A DNA stretch of 32,000 nucleotides from contig OW818653.1 in the NCBI GenBank assembly GCA_942492995.1, positions 120,001 to 152,000 of the forward strand. Direction: 5' to 3'. Both the position numbers and the translations under genes were made by a program. The notes under the pieces were generated by a model, which was not told where the DNA came from, did not search any database, and saw only the letters and a list, made by a program, of their open reading frames with translations. This stretch comes from an uncultured Erysipelotrichaceae bacterium. Lineage in GTDB: Bacteria; Bacillota_I; Bacilli_A; Erysipelotrichales; Erysipelotrichaceae. Shown here piece after piece: positions 24,314 through 32,000 of this stretch (its first letter is position 1; every line of letters starts with the position of its first letter).

Positions 24314-24338
24314 AAATCTTCTTAGGAAGATTTTTTTT
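24314..24338 (+). terminator. rho-independent terminator after tRNA-His
   Basis: AAATCTTC (24314-21) TTAG GAAGATTT (24326-33); the T-run continues to 24338. Confidence 0.8.
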
Positions 24339-24459
24339 ATATTTATCGACAAATCTGAACTTTATGTAAAATATTTCACAATCTGCATTAAAATGTATGA
24401 AAAATTTACATTAATGTAATAAATATGAAAGTTAAATGATAATTTAGTGAAATATTTTC

Positions 24460-24487
24460 TTGACAGCTTACATTCATGCGCTATAAT
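24460..24487 (+). promoter_or_regulatory. sigma-A type promoter of the opp operon
   Basis: TTGACA (24460-65), a 16-nt spacer, then TATAAT (24482-87). SD AAGGAAAGGA and ATG 24518 follow. Confidence 0.65.
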
Positions 24488-24517
24488 AACCACATAAAGG
24501 AAAGGAATTTGAAGATT

Positions 24518-26158
24518 ATGAAGAAATTATTACTTCTCATCTTAGCTTCTTTATTGTTTGTAGGCTGTGCTGCAGATCCTGCTCCAGTAGAAACTAAGAA
24601 AGTATTACGTGTAGCATTTGGCGGTGACGTATTATCACTAGATTCAAACGTTGCGACAGATGGTGTTTCATTTGAAGTTCTAACAGCTATCGCAGAAGGC
24701 TTAGTTGAGTATGATGCGGCTGACGCAACATTACCTGGCTCTGGCGCTGCTGAAAGTTGGGATGTATCAGAAGACGGTTTAGAATATGTGTTTCATTTGA
24801 AAGAAGCAGCTGTTTGGTCAAATGGTGATCCTGTAACTGCGAATGACTTCGTATTTGCATGGCGTCGTTTAGTTGATCCAGCATTAGCGAATGAATATTC
24901 ATTAATGGCTCAAAATGCTAAATTGAAAAATGCGGATGCGGTTATTGCGGGTACATTACCTGTAGAAGAATTAGGTGTTGAAGCAGTGGATGATTATACA
25001 TTGAAAGTAACCCTAGAAACTGCAGTTCCTTGGTTTATTCCATTGATGACTTTCCCTTCATTCTTCCCATTAAATGAAAAATTTGTGACTGAAGCTGGTG
25101 CTAACTATGCGACAGGTCCTGATTACTTATTATCCAATAATGCGTTTGTACTAACAGATTGGGTACAAGGCTCTCAAATTGTATTAGCTAAGAATGACAA
25201 ATATTATGGTGCAGCTGATGTTGCGGTTGATGGTTTAGAAATCAGTATTATTGCTGATCCTCAAACTGTTAAACTACAATATGACCAAGGAAATCTTGAT
25301 GTTGCGTCGATGTCCGGTGACTTAGTTACAGGATATGTTGGAACAGATGATTTCTTCCCAATTAAAAAAGGTTATACATGGTTCTTTGATTTTAACCAAG
25401 ATTCAGACAATGCGGCTGTTAAAAATGAAAACTTCCGTCTAGCACTTGGTTGGGCAATTGATCGTAGTTTTATCGTTGATGATAAATTGAATGATGGTTC
25501 AATTGTTGCGGATGGTTTCGTACCACGTGGTTTAGCAAGTAGTGTTGACGGTGTTGATTTCCGTGATTCTGCTCCTAAATACTTTGGTTATGATGCGACT
25601 AAGGCTCTTGAATACTGGACAGCTGCGAAAGCTGAACTAGGTGTTGAAGCAGTCACATTTGAATTATTAGTTGGTGCTCCTGGGGACGATGCTGGTTTAG
25701 CAATCGGTGCTCCTGAATATATTAAAGCTGAAGTTGAAAAGAATTTACCAGGCGTTACCGTTGAAATTAAGACAGTCTTGAAGAAAGAACGTCTTGAATT
25801 AATGGGTCGTGAACGTTCAGAGTATGAAGTTGGTCTAACTCGTTGGGGTCCAGACTATGCCGATCCTCTAACATACTTACAAGATTTACTCGTTTCTGAT
25901 TCAAACTATAACTATGCTAACTTTGATGATGCTACATATGATGCATTAGTTGCGGATGTTGCACCTGGTGGTGCACTATCAGCTGATCCAGTTGCACGTT
26001 GGGCTAAATTAGTTGAGATAGAAGGTTATGTATTGGATACAGCAGTTGTTGTACCTCTATGGCAAACAGGTTCTGCTATGGTAATCAAACCAAATGTAAA
26101 AGGAATTGAATACCACGTATTAGGTCAGACCTCATACAAACGCGCTACGATTGATTAG
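24518..26158 (+). CDS. oppA: peptide ABC transporter substrate-binding lipoprotein (family 5)
   Basis: Start taken at MKKLLLLILASLLFVGC (lipobox VGC). SBP family 5 pattern (LRVAFGGDVLSLDS..., WSNGDPVTANDFVFAWRR, RWGPDYADP). Confidence 0.85.
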   Translation: MKKLLLLILASLLFVGCAADPAPVETKKVLRVAFGGDVLSLDSNVATDGVSFEVLTAIAEGLVEYDAADATLPGSGAAESWDVSEDGLEYVFHLKEAAVWSNGDPVTANDFVFAWRRLVDPALANEYSLMAQNAKLKNADAVIAGTLPVEELGVEAVDDYTLKVTLETAVPWFIPLMTFPSFFPLNEKFVTEAGANYATGPDYLLSNNAFVLTDWVQGSQIVLAKNDKYYGAADVAVDGLEISIIADPQTVKLQYDQGNLDVASMSGDLVTGYVGTDDFFPIKKGYTWFFDFNQDSDNAAVKNENFRLALGWAIDRSFIVDDKLNDGSIVADGFVPRGLASSVDGVDFRDSAPKYFGYDATKALEYWTAAKAELGVEAVTFELLVGAPGDDAGLAIGAPEYIKAEVEKNLPGVTVEIKTVLKKERLELMGRERSEYEVGLTRWGPDYADPLTYLQDLLVSDSNYNYANFDDATYDALVADVAPGGALSADPVARWAKLVEIEGYVLDTAVVVPLWQTGSAMVIKPNVKGIEYHVLGQTSYKRATID

Positions 26159-26166
26159 TGATTAAG

Positions 26167-26197
26167 TGGGAGCCTTTTACGAGGTTCCCATTTTTAT
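26167..26197 (+). terminator. intercistronic hairpin/partial terminator between oppA and oppB
   Basis: TGGGAGCC (26167-74) / GGTTCCCA (26183-90), with one G-U pair, followed by T5. Confidence 0.55.
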
Positions 26198-26224
26198 TCT
26201 TAAATTAATACAAGGAGGTTAAAT

Positions 26225-27160
26225 ATGTTTAAATATATTACACGGCGAATGTTTTGGTCACTCGTGACATTGTTCACCATTCTTATCTTATTATTCTTAT
26301 TATTACAATTCTTACCAGGAACTCCATTTAATGATGAAAAGTTAAGTGAAGCAAGTAAAGCGTTATTAAATGCGAAATACGGGCTGGATCAACCCTTTTT
26401 CTCACGTTTTGGCATATACATGAAAAACATCCTTACAGAATTTGATTTTGGGATTTCATTATCAATTCAACGTAACTGGATGGTTAAAAATATCGTATTA
26501 CCAAGGCTTGGGATTTCTGTTCGTATCGGTCTTCAAGCGCTAGCGCTTGGAACATTTATGGGGATTATTTTAGGTGTTTTATCTGCATCTAAGAAAAATA
26601 CTTGGGTAGATACATTATCAACTCTTATCGCAATTATAGGTGTAAGTATTCCTTCTTATGTATTTGCGCTTCTATTGAGTTATGTATTTGGATTTAGAAT
26701 TCCTATTTTCAGTATCATTTTTAATTTTAATGATCCAATCAAATCATCTATTCTACCAACCATCGCTTTATCAATGTTCGTTATGGCACAAGTTACTCGT
26801 TTCTTGCGTACTGAATTAATCGAAGTATTAGGGTCAGACTATATTCGATTAGTTGAGGCGAAAGGGGTAAACAAGTTTAAAGTTGTTTTCAATCACGGAT
26901 TAAGAAATGCATTAATCTCGGTTATTACCATCTTGGGTCCATTAACGGTAACGTTACTAACTGGTTCATTGGTTGTGGAAAAGGTTTATGCAGTGCCTGG
27001 AATTGGTAGTTTATTGGTTAATGGTATTTTGACAAATGATTATAACGTAATTGTTATGATTGCGTTCGTATATAGTGCTTTATATATCACGATGAATCTA
27101 TTGGTTGATATACTCTATGGCATTATTGATCCACGTATTCGTGTTGCGAAAGGAGCCTAA
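26225..27160 (+). CDS. oppB: peptide ABC transporter permease
   Basis: MFKYITRRMFWSLVTLF...LQFLPGTPF is an OppB/DppB-type N-terminus. An EAA-like loop (IRLVEAKGVNKFKVVFNHGLRNAL) is present. SD AAGGAGG. Confidence 0.9.
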   Translation: MFKYITRRMFWSLVTLFTILILLFLLLQFLPGTPFNDEKLSEASKALLNAKYGLDQPFFSRFGIYMKNILTEFDFGISLSIQRNWMVKNIVLPRLGISVRIGLQALALGTFMGIILGVLSASKKNTWVDTLSTLIAIIGVSIPSYVFALLLSYVFGFRIPIFSIIFNFNDPIKSSILPTIALSMFVMAQVTRFLRTELIEVLGSDYIRLVEAKGVNKFKVVFNHGLRNALISVITILGPLTVTLLTGSLVVEKVYAVPGIGSLLVNGILTNDYNVIVMIAFVYSALYITMNLLVDILYGIIDPRIRVAKGA

Positions 27161-27161
27161 T

Positions 27162-28166
27162 ATGAGTGAATTTCGTAAAGAGCAATTTAAACGTTTAGAA
27201 CTTAAAGATTATGATCAACAAGAAATGGTATCGAGTGAAGATCCTAAGTTTTTTAGAGATGCGTATAAACGTTTCAAAAAGAATAGAGGGGCACACATTG
27301 CCTTATTCATGATAATTGGAATCTTATTATTAGCGGCTTTTGGTCCATTGTTTGGTGGACATATCTACAATGAAGTTACGACACAACATATTAATTTACC
27401 TCCACGTGTTCCATTTATTGAGAACTTAGGTATCTTAAATGGTGTTAGAGATAATGTAAATATCTATTTAGATAAAGGATTCAATGATCTTTATTATTGG
27501 TTTGGGGCAGATGGATTAGGTAGAGACTTATGGGTTCGTGTATGGATGGGAACGCGTATTTCGTTCTTAGTTGCGTTTGTGGCTGTTGTGATTGACGTAA
27601 TTATTGGGATTTCGTATGGACTCGTTTCAGGTTATTTCGGTGGAAAAGTTGATATGGTTATGCAACGTTTCGTAGAAATTATCAGTGGTATTCCAAACTT
27701 AGTCGTTGTAATTCTTTTAGTACTTGTATTGAAACCAGGACTACAATCAATTATTTTCGCATTAATGATTACAGGATGGATTTCAATGAGTCGTGTTGTT
27801 CGTTCACAAGTTCTAAAACTAAAAGAATTAGAGTTTGTATTAGCTGCGAAGACATTAGGTGCTTCACCGTTTGTGATAATCCTAAAAGAAATCTTACCTA
27901 ACATTATCGGACAAATTATCGTTATGACGATGTTTTCAATTCCAAATGCGATTTTCTATGAATCATTCTTAGCGTTTGTTGGTTTAGGTTTACAACCTCC
28001 ACTCGCATCACTGGGTGTATTAATATCAACAGGTTATCAATCATTACTAATCTACCCGCATATGGTTATTTTTCCAGTAATTGTTTTATCGTTCTTAATG
28101 TTAAGTTTTAACTTAGTCGCAGATGGTCTACGTGATGCGTTTGATCCAAAAATGAAAGGATTTTAG
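27162..28166 (+). CDS. oppC: peptide ABC transporter permease
   Basis: Start at MSEFRKE (ATG 27162, 1 nt after the oppB stop, SD AAAGGAG). Motifs GADGLGRDLWVRVWMGTRISF and AAKTLGASPFVIILKEILPN. Confidence 0.9.
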   Translation: MSEFRKEQFKRLELKDYDQQEMVSSEDPKFFRDAYKRFKKNRGAHIALFMIIGILLLAAFGPLFGGHIYNEVTTQHINLPPRVPFIENLGILNGVRDNVNIYLDKGFNDLYYWFGADGLGRDLWVRVWMGTRISFLVAFVAVVIDVIIGISYGLVSGYFGGKVDMVMQRFVEIISGIPNLVVVILLVLVLKPGLQSIIFALMITGWISMSRVVRSQVLKLKELEFVLAAKTLGASPFVIILKEILPNIIGQIIVMTMFSIPNAIFYESFLAFVGLGLQPPLASLGVLISTGYQSLLIYPHMVIFPVIVLSFLMLSFNLVADGLRDAFDPKMKGF

Positions 28167-28175
28167 GTGATAAGT

Positions 28176-29249
28176 ATGGAAAACAATCGAATACTTGAAG
28201 TAAAGAACCTACAGTTATCTTTTCAGTTAGATGCTGGAGTAAACCATGTTATACGTGATATCAGTTTTCATTTGAATAAAGGTGAAACACTTGCGATCGT
28301 AGGGGAGTCAGGTTCTGGTAAATCAGTCACAACAAAAGCTATCCTTGGTTTGATCGATGATAATGGTGCAGTTGAAGAAGGTAAAATCTTATTTAGATTA
28401 AATAAAGATGGTAAAGAAGAAATTGTGGACTTGTTACATAGTTCAAAATCATATATGCAAAAGAATATACGTGGTAGTAAAATTGCGATAATCTTCCAAG
28501 ATCCAATGACATCACTTGATCCAACCATGACAATAGGCAATCAAATCATGGAAAGTATGTTAGAACATAAACTAGTAAAATCGAAGAAAGAAGCGGTTGA
28601 ACGTACCCATAATCTATTAAACCTTGTTGGGATAGATCATCCTGACAAACGTATGAAACAATATCCTCATCAATTATCAGGTGGTATGCGTCAACGTATC
28701 GTTATTGCGATTGCGTTAGCGTGTGAACCGGATTTATTGATTGCGGATGAACCTACTACGGCATTGGATGTGACAATTCAATCGCAAATATTAGAATTAA
28801 TTAAAGATATTCAAAAGAAAACAGGTGTTGCGATTATCTTTATTACCCATGATTTAGGGGTGGTAGCGAATGTGGCAGATCGTGTTGCGGTTATGTACGC
28901 TGGTAAGATTGTGGAAGAAGGATTATCATCTGAGGTTTATTATAATCCACGTCATCCATATACTTGGGGATTATTATCCAGTATTCCTTCACTTGATGGA
29001 AAGGAAGAAGAGATTTTATCAATTCCTGGAAGTCCTCCAAATCTAATCAATCCGCCAAAAGGGGATGCGTTTGCCTATCGTAGTAATTATGCTCTCGCAA
29101 TCGATTTCGAAGAGATTCCACCAATGTTTAAAGTTACAGATACACACTATGTCGCAAGTTGGTTACTACATCCTGATGCGCCAAAAGTTGAAATGCCAGA
29201 TGTTCTTAAACAACGTTTAAAACAATATTCGCATAATAAGGAGGTCTAA
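28176..29249 (+). CDS. oppD: peptide ABC transporter ATP-binding protein
   Basis: Walker A GESGSGKS, signature LSGGMRQR, Walker B LLIADEPTTALD. ATG 28176 is preferred (SD AGGTGA 5 nt upstream). GTG 28167 is the alternative. Confidence 0.9.
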   Translation: MENNRILEVKNLQLSFQLDAGVNHVIRDISFHLNKGETLAIVGESGSGKSVTTKAILGLIDDNGAVEEGKILFRLNKDGKEEIVDLLHSSKSYMQKNIRGSKIAIIFQDPMTSLDPTMTIGNQIMESMLEHKLVKSKKEAVERTHNLLNLVGIDHPDKRMKQYPHQLSGGMRQRIVIAIALACEPDLLIADEPTTALDVTIQSQILELIKDIQKKTGVAIIFITHDLGVVANVADRVAVMYAGKIVEEGLSSEVYYNPRHPYTWGLLSSIPSLDGKEEEILSIPGSPPNLINPPKGDAFAYRSNYALAIDFEEIPPMFKVTDTHYVASWLLHPDAPKVEMPDVLKQRLKQYSHNKEV

Positions 29250-29250
29250 C

Positions 29251-30195
29251 ATGAGTACGAGAAATGTAATATTAGATGTTAAAAATCTAAAACAGTATTT
29301 TCGTGTTGATCGAAAGACCACAACACGTGCTGTCGATGATGTAAGTTTTAAGATATATGAAGGTGAAACATTCAGTGTAGTTGGTGAATCAGGTAGTGGT
29401 AAATCAACTCTTGGACGAACATTAATTCGTATTTATGATGGCATTAGTGGCGATGTTGAGTTTATGGGTAAGAAGATATCTGGCAAATTAAGTAAAGAAA
29501 CGAAACATTTCATAACGACAAATATGCAGATGATTTTCCAAGATCCAATGGCATCACTTAATCCAAGAAAGAAAGTACTCGATACGGTCGCATTTGGATT
29601 AGATGTCAATAAACTCGTTACAGATCCTGTAGAACGTAAGAATAAAGTACTTGAAGTACTTAAGAGTGTTGGTTTACATGAGGATCACATCAATCGTTTC
29701 CCTCATCAATTCTCGGGAGGTCAACGTCAACGTATTGGGGTTGCGCGTGCATTGATTCTTAAACCTAAATTTATCATTGCGGATGAAATCATCTCTGCGC
29801 TTGATGTATCCATTCAAGCCCAAGTTATTAACCTTATGAAAAAACTCCAAAAGGAGTTAGGGTTAACTTACATGTTCATTGCGCATGATTTATCCATGGT
29901 TCGCTATATTTCAGATCGTGTGGCGGTAATGCACGTTGGACATATCGTGGAAATGGGGACCGTAGATGATGTTTATAATCATCCTGTTCATCCATATACG
30001 AAGTCACTTCTCTCCGCGATTCCTCATCCTGATCCTGATAGTGAGAAAACACGTAAACGTTTTGTGTATGATATGAGCACAATTATTTATAATGATAGCC
30101 ATATGGTACAACTAAGTGATACTCATTCTGTATTAACGACAGACAAGGATTTTGAAATGTGGAATAATGGTGATTATTCATTAAGCCTAAAATAA
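29251..30195 (+). CDS. oppF: peptide ABC transporter ATP-binding protein
   Basis: Walker A GESGSGKST, signature FSGGQRQR, Walker B FIIADEIISALD. SD AAGGAGG. Confidence 0.9.
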   Translation: MSTRNVILDVKNLKQYFRVDRKTTTRAVDDVSFKIYEGETFSVVGESGSGKSTLGRTLIRIYDGISGDVEFMGKKISGKLSKETKHFITTNMQMIFQDPMASLNPRKKVLDTVAFGLDVNKLVTDPVERKNKVLEVLKSVGLHEDHINRFPHQFSGGQRQRIGVARALILKPKFIIADEIISALDVSIQAQVINLMKKLQKELGLTYMFIAHDLSMVRYISDRVAVMHVGHIVEMGTVDDVYNHPVHPYTKSLLSAIPHPDPDSEKTRKRFVYDMSTIIYNDSHMVQLSDTHSVLTTDKDFEMWNNGDYSLSLK

Positions 30196-30216
30196 AGCGA
30201 GGATTAAACCTCGCTT
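30195..30216. terminator. bidirectional hairpin between oppF and the convergent DUF1049 gene
   Basis: AAGCGAGG (30195-30202) / CCTCGCTT (30209-16) with a 6-nt loop. The minus-strand stop codon (30206-30204) lies in the loop. Confidence 0.5.
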
Positions 30217-30560
30217 GTTTGTTTAGGAACAGAATTCTGTAATTGATTCACTTGTGCTTTTAACACTTCATTCTCTTGGAGTGTTTTTTTATGTTCAGTA
30301 ATTAGCGTCTCTTGTTGGACTTTTAAATTACTCACATTCTTCTCTAAATCACGAATGGTCATTCTAGTTTTAAAGCTTCGATATATGCCAAATAGTAATA
30401 CTAATCCTGCACCAAGCGCAACCGATAATAATATGACTAAAGAACCAGATAATTGGAAACTCCATAAGAATAACTGTACTGTCATGATGTTTGCGTTAGT
30501 TATTGCGAAGATAGCGACAAGAATGGATAAGAGAATAAAGAAGATGAATTGTTTTTGCAT
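30204..30560 (-). CDS. LapA-domain/DUF1049 membrane protein with C-terminal coiled coil
   Basis: Start at MQKQFIFFILL (ATG 30560-58, SD GAGG). Two TM helices, then a heptad-like tail (IRDLEKNVSNLKVQQETLITEHKKTLQENEVLKAQVNQLQ). Confidence 0.7.
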   Translation of the reverse strand: MQKQFIFFILLSILVAIFAITNANIMTVQLFLWSFQLSGSLVILLSVALGAGLVLLFGIYRSFKTRMTIRDLEKNVSNLKVQQETLITEHKKTLQENEVLKAQVNQLQNSVPKQTSEV

Positions 30561-30613
30561 AGTTAAACCTCTAACCATAGTATAGGCTAAATTAACGGAA
30601 AATATCAAATTCC

Positions 30614-30645
30614 ATAAAAAAAACTGTTAACGGATGTTAACAGTT
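30614..30645 (-). terminator. rho-independent terminator of fba
   Basis: AACTGTTAAC (30622-31) GGAT GTTAACAGTT (30636-45). On the minus strand a T8 run (plus-strand A-run 30614-30621) follows. Confidence 0.75.
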
Positions 30646-30652
30646 AATTAAA

Positions 30653-31585
30653 TTACTCAGCTTTTCCTTCAGAACCTAATACATTCTTAATCTTGTGTGC
30701 AACTAAACCCTTGATGTTAGCACGAGCAGGTTTTAAGTACGTACGTGGATCGAATACATCTGGTTTGTCATTGAAGACTTTACGGATACCAGCTGTAAAT
30801 GCTAAACGTAAATCAGAGTCGATGTTAATCTTACATACAGCAGAACGTGCAGCTTGACGTAACATTTCTTCAGGAATACCAATAGCGTCTTGTAAGCTTC
30901 CACCGTTTTCTTGAATTTGTTTAACGAATTCTTGAGAAACGCTTGATGCGCCGTGTAGAACGATTGGGAAGTTAGGTAAACGGTTTGAAATTTCTTCTAG
31001 AATATCAAAACGTAATTGTGGATTTTGACCTGGTTTGAATTTGAATGCACCGTGGCTTGTTCCAATTGCGATAGCAAGTGAATCAACACCCGTCTTTGTT
31101 ACGAATTCAACAACGTCATCAGGATTTGTATAACTGTGGTGTTCAACACTAACTTCATCTTCAACACCCGCTAATTGTCCAAGTTCACCTTCAACAGTGA
31201 CACCATGAGCATGAGCGTATTCAACAACTTTCTTAGTCAATGCGATATTATCTTCGAATGATAAATGAGAACCATCGATCATAACAGAAGTAAATCCACT
31301 GTCGATACATGATTTACATAATTCGAATGTATCTCCGTGATCTAAGTGTAAAGCGATAGGAATATTGCTAGTTTCTACTGCAGCTTCCACTAATTTCTTA
31401 AGATAAACTGGATTAGCGTATTCACGAGCTCCCTTTGAAGCTTGTAAAATAACAGGTGACTTCAATTCATTTGCCGCTTCAACGATTGCTTGAACGATTT
31501 CCATGTTATTAACATTGAAAGCACCAATTGCGTAACCGCCTTCGTAGGCTTTTTTAAACATTTCTTTGGTTGATACTAAAGGCAT
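30653..31585 (-). CDS. fba: class II fructose-1,6-bisphosphate aldolase
   Basis: MPLVSTKEMFKKAYEGGYAIGAFNVNNME..., with LHLDHG, GELG, HGAFKF and VLHGASSV. Confidence 0.95.
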   Translation of the reverse strand: MPLVSTKEMFKKAYEGGYAIGAFNVNNMEIVQAIVEAANELKSPVILQASKGAREYANPVYLKKLVEAAVETSNIPIALHLDHGDTFELCKSCIDSGFTSVMIDGSHLSFEDNIALTKKVVEYAHAHGVTVEGELGQLAGVEDEVSVEHHSYTNPDDVVEFVTKTGVDSLAIAIGTSHGAFKFKPGQNPQLRFDILEEISNRLPNFPIVLHGASSVSQEFVKQIQENGGSLQDAIGIPEEMLRQAARSAVCKINIDSDLRLAFTAGIRKVFNDKPDVFDPRTYLKPARANIKGLVAHKIKNVLGSEGKAE

Positions 31586-31662
31586 ATTTTATTTTCCTCC
31601 TGGTCATATTGTAACGCAAATCATTTTTCTTTGATAGTAAAAAACTCTAACGTGCGCACTGA

Positions 31663-31691
31663 TTGTATTATAAACAAAAATTGACTATAAT
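31663..31691 (+). promoter_or_regulatory. candidate promoter of pduL
   Basis: TTGTAT (31663-68), a 17-nt spacer, then TATAAT (31686-91). SD AAAAAGGAG and ATG 31719 follow. Confidence 0.5.
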
Positions 31692-31718
31692 GAAAGGGTT
31701 AAAAAGGAGTTTGAAGAA

Positions 31719-32000
31719 ATGAGTAAAGAAAAAGTACTAGTAGAAGTATCCGCACGTCATGTGCATGTAACAAAAGAACATTTAGAAATCCTATTCGGTC
31801 CAGGACACGAATTAACCCCTAAAAAAGATTTATCCCAACCAGGTCAATACGCATCAGCTGAACGTGTTGATTTAGTTGGTCCAAAGACAACTATTAAAGG
31901 TGTTAGTATTTTAGGACCTTGTCGTAATGCATCACAAGTTGAAGTATCGTTATCCGATGCACGTACACTTGGCTTAAGCGCCATGATTCGTGAATCAGGT
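31719..32000 (+). CDS. pduL: phosphate propanoyl/acetyl-transferase PduL (3' end outside the window)
   Basis: MSKEKVLVEVSARHVHVTKEHLEILFGPGHELTPKKDLSQPGQYA...VSILGPCR is the typical first PduL repeat. The frame is open to the window end. Confidence 0.85.
   Translation, partial: MSKEKVLVEVSARHVHVTKEHLEILFGPGHELTPKKDLSQPGQYASAERVDLVGPKTTIKGVSILGPCRNASQVEVSLSDARTLGLSAMIRESG

Noticed and set aside
24518-26158. Higher GC of oppA (spot count 26/60 at 24661-24720) as a sign of horizontal transfer next to tRNA-His
   Set aside because: The Ala/Gly/Asp/Val-rich composition of a secreted binding protein, and probably high expression, explain the shift. The rest of the opp operon looks host-like. No integrase, repeat of the tRNA 3' end, or other mobility gene is present.
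24687-30585. Tracked ORFs 24687-24902(-), 27632-27904(-), 28268-28540(-), 29876-30082(-) and 30355-30585(+) within the opp genes and the DUF1049 gene
   Set aside because: All are embedded antisense or out-of-frame in genes with clear ABC-transporter or membrane-protein signatures.
31610-31623. cre-like site TGTAACGCAAATCA in the fba 5' region
   Set aside because: The ends match TGWNANCGNTNWCA, but the central CG is displaced by one position and the T at position 10 is missing. It does not satisfy the consensus, so CcpA control is not claimed.
31652-31659. GC-rich palindrome GTGCGCAC in the fba-pduL intergenic region
   Set aside because: It is only 8 bp with no second copy or flanking symmetry. 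That is too short to distinguish from chance.
1-32000. CRISPR arrays, IS elements/transposases, integrases, prophage genes, toxin-antitoxin pairs, rRNA
   Set aside because: No repeat-spacer periodicity, terminal inverted repeats, DDE/tyrosine-recombinase-like translations or rRNA-like sequence was noticed on either strand. This was a visual scan only; a repeat finder (for example self-dotplot or CRISPRCasFinder) would be needed for certainty.

Overview
Mostly housekeeping chromosomal segment of a low-GC monoderm bacterium. The standard genetic code applies: TGA is a stop in the ATGA start/stop overlaps at 4006-4009 and 19732-19735. Gene content (type III glutamine synthetase, Rnf, PduL, short Pgi, ftsA-ftsZ without dcw neighbours) suggests an Erysipelotrichia/Acholeplasma-like lineage, by inference only. 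Gene order: thiN (5' partial) | rpmB(-) | ftsA-ftsZ | GNAT-nadE-AI-2E permease | glnN type III GS(-) | nifU-like and PAP2-like(-) | S1-domain gene-pgi | tandem HD-GYP | apbE(-) divergent from rnfC-D-G-E-A-(untracked 59-aa Cys-rich ORF)-mini rnfB | seven-gene Tad/Flp-like pilus module | coaX | tRNA-His | oppABCDF | DUF1049/LapA-like(-) | fba(-) divergent from pduL (3' partial). I saw no CRISPR array, transposase, integrase or rRNA. Four things stand out. (1) A compact, AT-rich Tad/Flp-type module (19373-23362) includes an untracked 47-aa Flp-like pilin, and its three pilin-like proteins all start MK[G/A]; the locus has no prepilin peptidase or TadZ. (2) The Rnf operon is atypical: RnfD carries an extra TM helix plus a C-terminal FMN-binding domain, RnfB is only 100 aa with no ferredoxin domains, and a hidden 59-aa membrane ORF repeats the RnfB CGxCxxxxC motif. 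(3) Three genes (GNAT, HD-GYP, coaX) have a -10 element ending exactly 6 nt before the ATG and no Shine-Dalgarno, suggesting leaderless mRNAs. (4) Twin 15-bp palindromes spaced 20 bp apart lie upstream of glnN. All functional calls come from reading the translations and motifs by eye; no database search was run.
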